This document shows, in pieces, positions 7,078-11,421 of a stretch of 11,421 nucleotides of DNA. The notes beneath the pieces were generated by a model. That model did no database searches and was not told the origin of the DNA. It saw only the letters and a list, made by a program, of their open reading frames with translations. Both the position numbers and the translations under genes were made by a program. Positions within the stretch are counted from its first letter, which is position 1. Each line of letters opens with the position of its first letter. This DNA is from Planctomycetales bacterium (GTDB lineage Bacteria; 4484-113): assembly GCA_037445915.1 (NCBI GenBank), contig JBBIJQ010000048.1, positions 4,284-15,704 on the forward strand, written 5' to 3'.

Positions 7078-7935
7078 GTGACCTTCCATCACGCAGAGAA
7101 TATGTATGTTCCGGTCCCTGCCACCATCAAGAATGTAGTGCAGCTCACTCCGATTGAGAATGTATTCACTATCGCGCTGGATAACGGCAAGCCATTAGGG
7201 CACAAGCCTGGGCAGTTTGTGGAGATATCGGTGTTCGGCATTGGCGAAGCGCCAATCTCGGTGACTTCTTCGCCAAGCCGCAGCAACGGGACGTTTGAAC
7301 TGGGCATCCGCAAAGTCGGCGATGTGACAGGCGCGATGCACGGCCTTAATGCCGGAGCGAAGATTGGCATCCGCGGCCCGTTCGGAACGAGCTTCCCTGT
7401 TGACGAGATGAAGGGCAAGGACGTCTGCGTCGTCGCAGGCGGCTGCGGCTTGTTCCCCGCGCGCTCGGTCATCAATGAAGTTGTTGACAACCGTAAGGAT
7501 TACAACCGCGTCATCATACTCTATGGTACGCGCTCCCCGGGCGACCGCCTGTTTGTAGAGGAGCTTGCTGATTGGCATATACGTGAGGAAATTGAGTTTT
7601 ACGAGACAGTTGACCGCGCCGAGGCTACCGAGGAGAACAGCTTGGCATGCTGGTCGGGTAATGTGGGAGTGATTACGACGCTCTTTCCCAAGGTTGAGCT
7701 TGACCCCGCCAAGACCTATCCGATTGTCGTCGGCCCTCCAATTATGTACAAATTCGTGCTAAAGGAACTGGAGAAGAAGAGCATCCCTCATGAGCAGATT
7801 TTTATGAGCCTTGAGCGGAGGATGAAATGCGGCGTTGGCAAGTGCGGCCATTGCCAGATAAACGGCCTGTATTCATGCCAGAGCGGCCCCGTCTTCCGGT
7901 ATTCTGACATCCGCCATTTGAAGGAAGCGTTGTAA
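7078..7935 (+). CDS. hydG: Group 3b hydrogenase gamma subunit, FAD/NAD(P)-binding with [2Fe-2S] cluster
   Basis: PGQFVEIS.FGIGEAPIS, GIRGPFG, VAGGCGLFP, YGTRSP, VGPPIMYK and SLERRMKCGVGKCGHCQI...CQSGPVF. GGAGG at 7065-7069 before GTG. Confidence 0.92.
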   Translation: MTFHHAENMYVPVPATIKNVVQLTPIENVFTIALDNGKPLGHKPGQFVEISVFGIGEAPISVTSSPSRSNGTFELGIRKVGDVTGAMHGLNAGAKIGIRGPFGTSFPVDEMKGKDVCVVAGGCGLFPARSVINEVVDNRKDYNRVIILYGTRSPGDRLFVEELADWHIREEIEFYETVDRAEATEENSLACWSGNVGVITTLFPKVELDPAKTYPIVVGPPIMYKFVLKELEKKSIPHEQIFMSLERRMKCGVGKCGHCQINGLYSCQSGPVFRYSDIRHLKEAL

Positions 7936-8672
7936 TGAAACCGAGAATCGCATTCTTTGATTTTGCCAGCTGCGAAGGCGACCAGCTCCAAGTAGTCAAC
8001 TTGGAGGAAGACCTTCTTGCGCTGCTTGAACATGTTGATGTTGTGAGCTTCCGTGAGGCGATGAAGGAACATAGCGACGAATACGACATCGCATTTATAG
8101 AAGGTTCCATTACCCGCCTTGTGGACGAAGAGCGCCTGAAGAAGATACGCGCCAATGCCACGTATCTTGTCGCGTTAGGCTCGTGCGCCACAATAGGAGG
8201 CATCAACGCTATCAAGAACTTCCACAACCTGGAAGAAGTGCGCAGATACGTCTATGCAGACAAGTGGCAGGAATATGACACTTATGCGACAAAACCAGTG
8301 AATGCAGTAGTTCAGGTGGATGCGTATGTTCACGGCTGCCCGATTGACCGTACGGAGTTTATGAACATCGTGAAAGCGATGTTGCTTGGAAAGAAGCCCC
8401 CGCTGCCTAACTACCCGGTCTGCGTGGAATGCAAGCTAACAGATAACGTTTGCGTCTTCCAGAAGGGCGAGTTCTGTCTTGGCCCAGTGACGCGCGCAGG
8501 CTGCAAAGCGTGCTGCGTGACTGAGGGTTGCATTTGCTGGGGATGCCGAGGTTTCGTGGATGATCCAAACAACGAAGCCCACAAAGAGGTTCTGGAGAAA
8601 TACGGCCTAAAGGCGCAGGAAGTCATCAACAAGTTTCGCCTTTACGGCGGGTGTTCGCAGGAGGTTGAGTAA
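7935..8672 (+). CDS. hydD: Group 3b hydrogenase delta (small, Fe-S) subunit
   Basis: FASCEGDQLQ, FIEGSI, LGSCAT.GG, HGCP, VCVECK, CLGPVTRAGC and C.CWGCRG. No Tat signal (cytoplasmic). TAATG overlap with the upstream gene. Confidence 0.92.
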   Translation: MKPRIAFFDFASCEGDQLQVVNLEEDLLALLEHVDVVSFREAMKEHSDEYDIAFIEGSITRLVDEERLKKIRANATYLVALGSCATIGGINAIKNFHNLEEVRRYVYADKWQEYDTYATKPVNAVVQVDAYVHGCPIDRTEFMNIVKAMLLGKKPPLPNYPVCVECKLTDNVCVFQKGEFCLGPVTRAGCKACCVTEGCICWGCRGFVDDPNNEAHKEVLEKYGLKAQEVINKFRLYGGCSQEVE

Positions 8673-9976
8673 TGACCGGAAATAGTGACGTCAAGGTGAA
8701 CGTGCACTACGTGACCCGAGTAGAGGGCCACGGCAATATACATGTAGAGATCAAGGGCGGCAATGTAGTTGATTGCCGATGGGAAGTGCCTGAAGCACCG
8801 CGTTTCTTTGAGGCGATGGTACGAGGGCGCATGTGGCACGAAGTGCACCACATCACAAGCCGCATCTGCGGCATCTGCTCCATCGGACACACGCTCGCAA
8901 GCGTAAAGGCGACTGAAGCTGCGATGGGTATCAATGTCACGCCGCAGACCGAAAAGCTGCGCCGCCTTTGCATCCATGCGGAAAACCTGCAAAGCCACAC
9001 GCTTCACGTTGGCTATCTCGTGCTGCCCGACTTGCTGGGAGTTGACAGCGTTGTCCCGCTTGCTTCAACGCATCCCGTGGAAGTGAAGACCGTCATCCGC
9101 TTGCACAAAGCTGCAAACGAAATGAGCGACCTGCTTTGTGGCCGCACAACTCACCCGCAGCGTCTCGTTCCCGGTGGCTTTACGAAGCTGCCGACGAAAG
9201 AGCAGCTTAGTGCGTTAGCGAGTGGGCTTGAGGCAGCAATTCCAGATTTAAAAGTTGTCGCGGGGCTTTATGGAGCACTCCAGGGCAACTTCCCGAAGTT
9301 TTGGCGCGAGACCGAATACATTGCGCTGACTGCCGACAATGAATACGCCCTTTACGACGGCCATATCGGCAGCACTGACGGCGGAACTTGGCCGGTGCCG
9401 GAATATCGCGGTATCGTGAATGAATATCTCGTTCCGCAATCAACCGCGAAATGGGGCAAACACAACCGCGAGTCGTTTATGGTAGGCGCACTGGCACGCT
9501 TCAACCTAAACTACGACAAGCTCTCGCCGATGGCTAAAGACATTGCGAAGTCACTGGGCCTCCAACCCGTGAACTGCAACACTTATATGAACACGGTTGC
9601 GCAGGTTGTAGAGTGCGTTCACAGCTTTGAGGATTCGCTGAACATAATCAACGGGCTTATCAAAGAAGGTATCCACGACGAGAAGCCGCAAGTAACACCT
9701 CGCGCTGGCAAGGGAGCTGGAGGAGTAGAAGTTCCGCGTGGAGTTCTATTCCACGAATACGAATACAACGACGAAGGGCGTTGCACCGGCGCAAACTGTG
9801 TGATTCCAACGAACCTCAATCACGCGAACATCCAGCTTGACTTTGAGGCGATAGTGCCGACGCTCATCGGCAAGTCCGAGAAGGAAATAGAGCTGGCGCT
9901 GGAGATGATGGTTCGCGCATATGACCCATGTATCTCATGCTCCACGCATTACCTTCGCGTGAACTTTGCGAAGTAA
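8672..9976 (+). CDS. hydA: Group 3b [NiFe]-hydrogenase alpha (large, catalytic) subunit
   Basis: TRVEGHG, PRFFE, L1 motif SRICGICSIGH, EVPRG.LFH, VIPT..N, and L2 motif RAYDPCISCSTH followed by an 8-aa extension (YLRVNFAK). TAATG overlap. Confidence 0.96.
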   Translation: MTGNSDVKVNVHYVTRVEGHGNIHVEIKGGNVVDCRWEVPEAPRFFEAMVRGRMWHEVHHITSRICGICSIGHTLASVKATEAAMGINVTPQTEKLRRLCIHAENLQSHTLHVGYLVLPDLLGVDSVVPLASTHPVEVKTVIRLHKAANEMSDLLCGRTTHPQRLVPGGFTKLPTKEQLSALASGLEAAIPDLKVVAGLYGALQGNFPKFWRETEYIALTADNEYALYDGHIGSTDGGTWPVPEYRGIVNEYLVPQSTAKWGKHNRESFMVGALARFNLNYDKLSPMAKDIAKSLGLQPVNCNTYMNTVAQVVECVHSFEDSLNIINGLIKEGIHDEKPQVTPRAGKGAGGVEVPRGVLFHEYEYNDEGRCTGANCVIPTNLNHANIQLDFEAIVPTLIGKSEKEIELALEMMVRAYDPCISCSTHYLRVNFAK

Positions 9977-10001
9977 GGTCTCACTACATATTACGCCGCG
10001 A

Positions 10002-10035
10002 AACAAGCGCAGCCCTTTCGGTGGCTGCGCTTGTT
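10002..10035. terminator. Bidirectional intrinsic terminator between convergent transcription units
   Basis: Perfect 13-bp inverted repeat AACAAGCGCAGCC (10002-10014) / GGCTGCGCTTGTT (10023-10035), with T-rich ends in both directions. Confidence 0.85.
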
Positions 10036-10066
10036 ATAAGCTTACTCCGAGCTAGTTGCCTCTTGG

Positions 10067-10444
10067 TCATTCGAAATTTGGCTTTGTCCCGAACATTTCC
10101 CGCAACTTAATAACGGCTTCGGAATGCAGGCGCACAAACGTAGCTCCAGGGACTGCTTCACGTGCCGCCGGCACGTAACGCTCGTTTCACTGGTAGACGA
10201 AGATTACCGGGATGGAACTTGTGGACTTACGCTCATGTATTGCGCGCGCCGTCTCAATGCCGTGTTTGGCCCTGTACGCCATATAAACCACCACGACATC
10301 CGGTTTCCTCTCGGCTGCGAGCTTGTATGCCCTAGCGCCGTCTTCGTTCTCCAGTATCACGTCCCACCCCTCACACTCATAGCGCGCGGCTTGCTTCTCT
10401 GAATATTCCTTGTTCCAGCTAATCAGCAGCACCTTTGGTTTCAT
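10067..10444 (-). CDS. Atypical single-domain response-regulator receiver (CheY-like) with in-frame TGA at 10189-10187; readthrough/selenocysteine candidate or nonsense pseudogene
   Basis: KVLLISW...EDGARAYKLAAERKPDVVVVY...GIETARAI...TSSIPVIFV matches receiver beta1-beta4. The frame continues after the TGA for 39 aa (NERYVPAAREAVPGATFV...PNFE) to TGA 10069-10067, giving 125 aa. GAGGTG RBS is 7 nt before ATG 10444. Confidence 0.7.
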
Positions 10445-10859
10445 CTTCATTCACCTCGTTAGATATCTGGAATTTCGGCTTTACAGGAATGCTGGTCAAC
10501 AGCGACCATAATCCCGCAAGTACGGGGGGGAACACAAGCGCGGCATATACTGCGAGCGTTTGCACGTGAAAGTAATAACGGAAATGGATGCCCGCCGCGA
10601 TGAGCAACACGCCGCCGATAACCGGGAAACGGAACGCCGTCAGTGTTACAGCCAGCAGCAACAGCCCTGGTGTAATGCTGTGCATCAATATTCCTGTGAT
10701 ATCGTAGCCTTCCGAAATGCTCTCGGCGATGGCGAACCAAGTCCAGAACAAACCTGCCAGCCCGGTTGTTGCCAGCAGGATGTAGCGGATCACCGTAGAC
10801 ACTGAAAACTTGGTGTTCGGAGCTTTTTCCATATACGTTCTTTTCGGCTTAAGCCGCAC
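10419..10859 (-). CDS. Hypothetical membrane protein with about 4 TM helices
   Basis: Four hydrophobic segments (YILLATTGLAGLFWTWFAI; PGLLLLAVTLTAF; IGGVLLIAAG; VYAALVFPPVLAGLWSLL). Start is GTG 10859 or ATG 10832. Confidence 0.75.
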   Translation of the reverse strand: MRLKPKRTYMEKAPNTKFSVSTVIRYILLATTGLAGLFWTWFAIAESISEGYDITGILMHSITPGLLLLAVTLTAFRFPVIGGVLLIAAGIHFRYYFHVQTLAVYAALVFPPVLAGLWSLLTSIPVKPKFQISNEVNEDETKGAAD

Positions 10860-10874
10860 TTGATTATTATGCGC

Positions 10875-11153
10875 TTATTGCGGCGGCTGGCACGCTCGGC
10901 TACGGCAATCGTCGGCGACATCCTTCGGGATTATCCTTAGCGCAAGGATTATAAGCGCTGGGATGATGATAGCGTCGTCAATGTGGCCGATAACCGGGAT
11001 AAAGTCGGGGATGATGTCAAACGGCAGAAACGCGTAACCCACCGCTGCTCCCACCAGCCATCGGGCAAGGCGTGGCGTCCGCCTGTCGGCAAGCATCAAG
11101 CGGTACGCCGAAAGCTCCCGTCTTAAATCGGCCAGCGTAATCCGCTTAGGCAT
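10875..11153 (-). CDS. YkvA/DUF1232 family small membrane protein
   Basis: Hallmark DRRTP..ARWL...AVGY...[20 protein letters not shown]...I.LALR.IP. Confidence 0.9.
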   Translation of the reverse strand: MPKRITLADLRRELSAYRLMLADRRTPRLARWLVGAAVGYAFLPFDIIPDFIPVIGHIDDAIIIPALIILALRIIPKDVADDCRSRACQPPQ

Positions 11154-11162
11154 CGCGTTTAG

Positions 11163-11420
11163 TTAGAAATCCCAGTCGGGCTTTGGAACCGGCATCTGCA
11201 GCGCGCGGTCTAGCTGGTCCAGGAGTTTAGGCGGCGCTTTTAAATCGTCGGTGTAGGACAAGCCGGTTGCGGAACGGACGCCAAGCCACATGCGCGTGAA
11301 AGCATTAACGCTAGCATCCATCATCGGCAGCTTCAATTCCTCGCCGCGCCTTGCAGAGCTTTCCGCGCCAAGCGTAACAACGTAGTTTCCTGCGCACCCG
11401 CGCCAAGGCGAGTCCTCCGG
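11163..11420 (-). CDS. C-terminus of an Eis-like GNAT N-acetyltransferase (SCP2-like domain); 5' end lies outside the window
   Basis: Not in the ORF track. Manual translation gives PEDSPWRGCAGNYVVTLGAESSARRGEELKLPMMDASVNAFTRMWLGVRSATGLSYTDDLKAPPKLLDQLDRALQMPVPKPDWDF*. The PW..G.Y, LG.RSA..L and terminal P...DF patterns resemble Eis-family C-termini. Confidence 0.7.
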   Translation of the reverse strand, partial: PEDSPWRGCAGNYVVTLGAESSARRGEELKLPMMDASVNAFTRMWLGVRSATGLSYTDDLKAPPKLLDQLDRALQMPVPKPDWDF

Positions 11421-11421
11421 T

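Noticed and set aside
6037-7935. Anaerobic sulfite reductase asrA/asrB
   Set aside because: These are homologous families, but the genes are followed by NiFe small and large subunits and there is no siroheme AsrC.
64-9819. Numerous antisense or alternative-frame ORFs in the track (e.g. 1620-2252, 1134-1598, 7802-8227)
   Set aside because: They are shadows of well-supported genes in GC-rich DNA, with no motifs or translation signals.
9922-9949. [NiFeSe] (selenocysteine) hydrogenase
   Set aside because: The L2 motif is DPCISCSTH with TGT/TGC codons; there is no in-frame TGA in hydA or hydD.
9928-10402. + strand ORFs 9928-10110 and 10124-10402 as a hydrogenase maturation protease or extra subunit
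   Set aside because: No HybD/HycI motifs; the first runs through the terminator and the second is antisense to the receiver gene.
1-11421. CRISPR array, IS element, prophage or anti-phage defence system
   Set aside because: No regularly spaced direct repeats, transposase, phage genes or recognisable nuclease/defence domains were seen.

Overview
Chromosomal window from a bacterium using genetic code 11. On the left (+ strand) are the 3' end of a DUF885 protein, an alpha/beta-hydrolase, an uncharacterised 329-aa protein and a stand-alone MoxR AAA+ ATPase. On the - strand follow a Zn-ribbon protein, a two-TM membrane protein, a Qor-type NADPH:quinone oxidoreductase and tRNA-Leu(UAG). Divergent from the tRNA, a sigma70 promoter precedes a complete four-gene group 3b (sulfhydrogenase-type) [NiFe]-hydrogenase operon (beta, gamma, delta, alpha), closed by a bidirectional terminator. 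Converging on it are an Eis-like acetyltransferase 3' end, a DUF1232/YkvA protein, a 4-TM protein and an atypical receiver-domain gene. The most notable signals are: (1) the receiver gene is interrupted by an in-frame UGA followed by a bacterial-SECIS-like hairpin (selenoprotein candidate or nonsense pseudogene); (2) a Cys-to-Asp change at a proximal Fe-S cluster ligand of the hydrogenase small subunit; (3) a structured hydrogenase leader and tandem operator-like palindromes; (4) three GTG genes with a -10 box exactly 6 nt upstream (leaderless pattern); (5) a 117-nt rod-shaped intergenic RNA candidate. All family assignments come from motif recognition by eye, not database searches.
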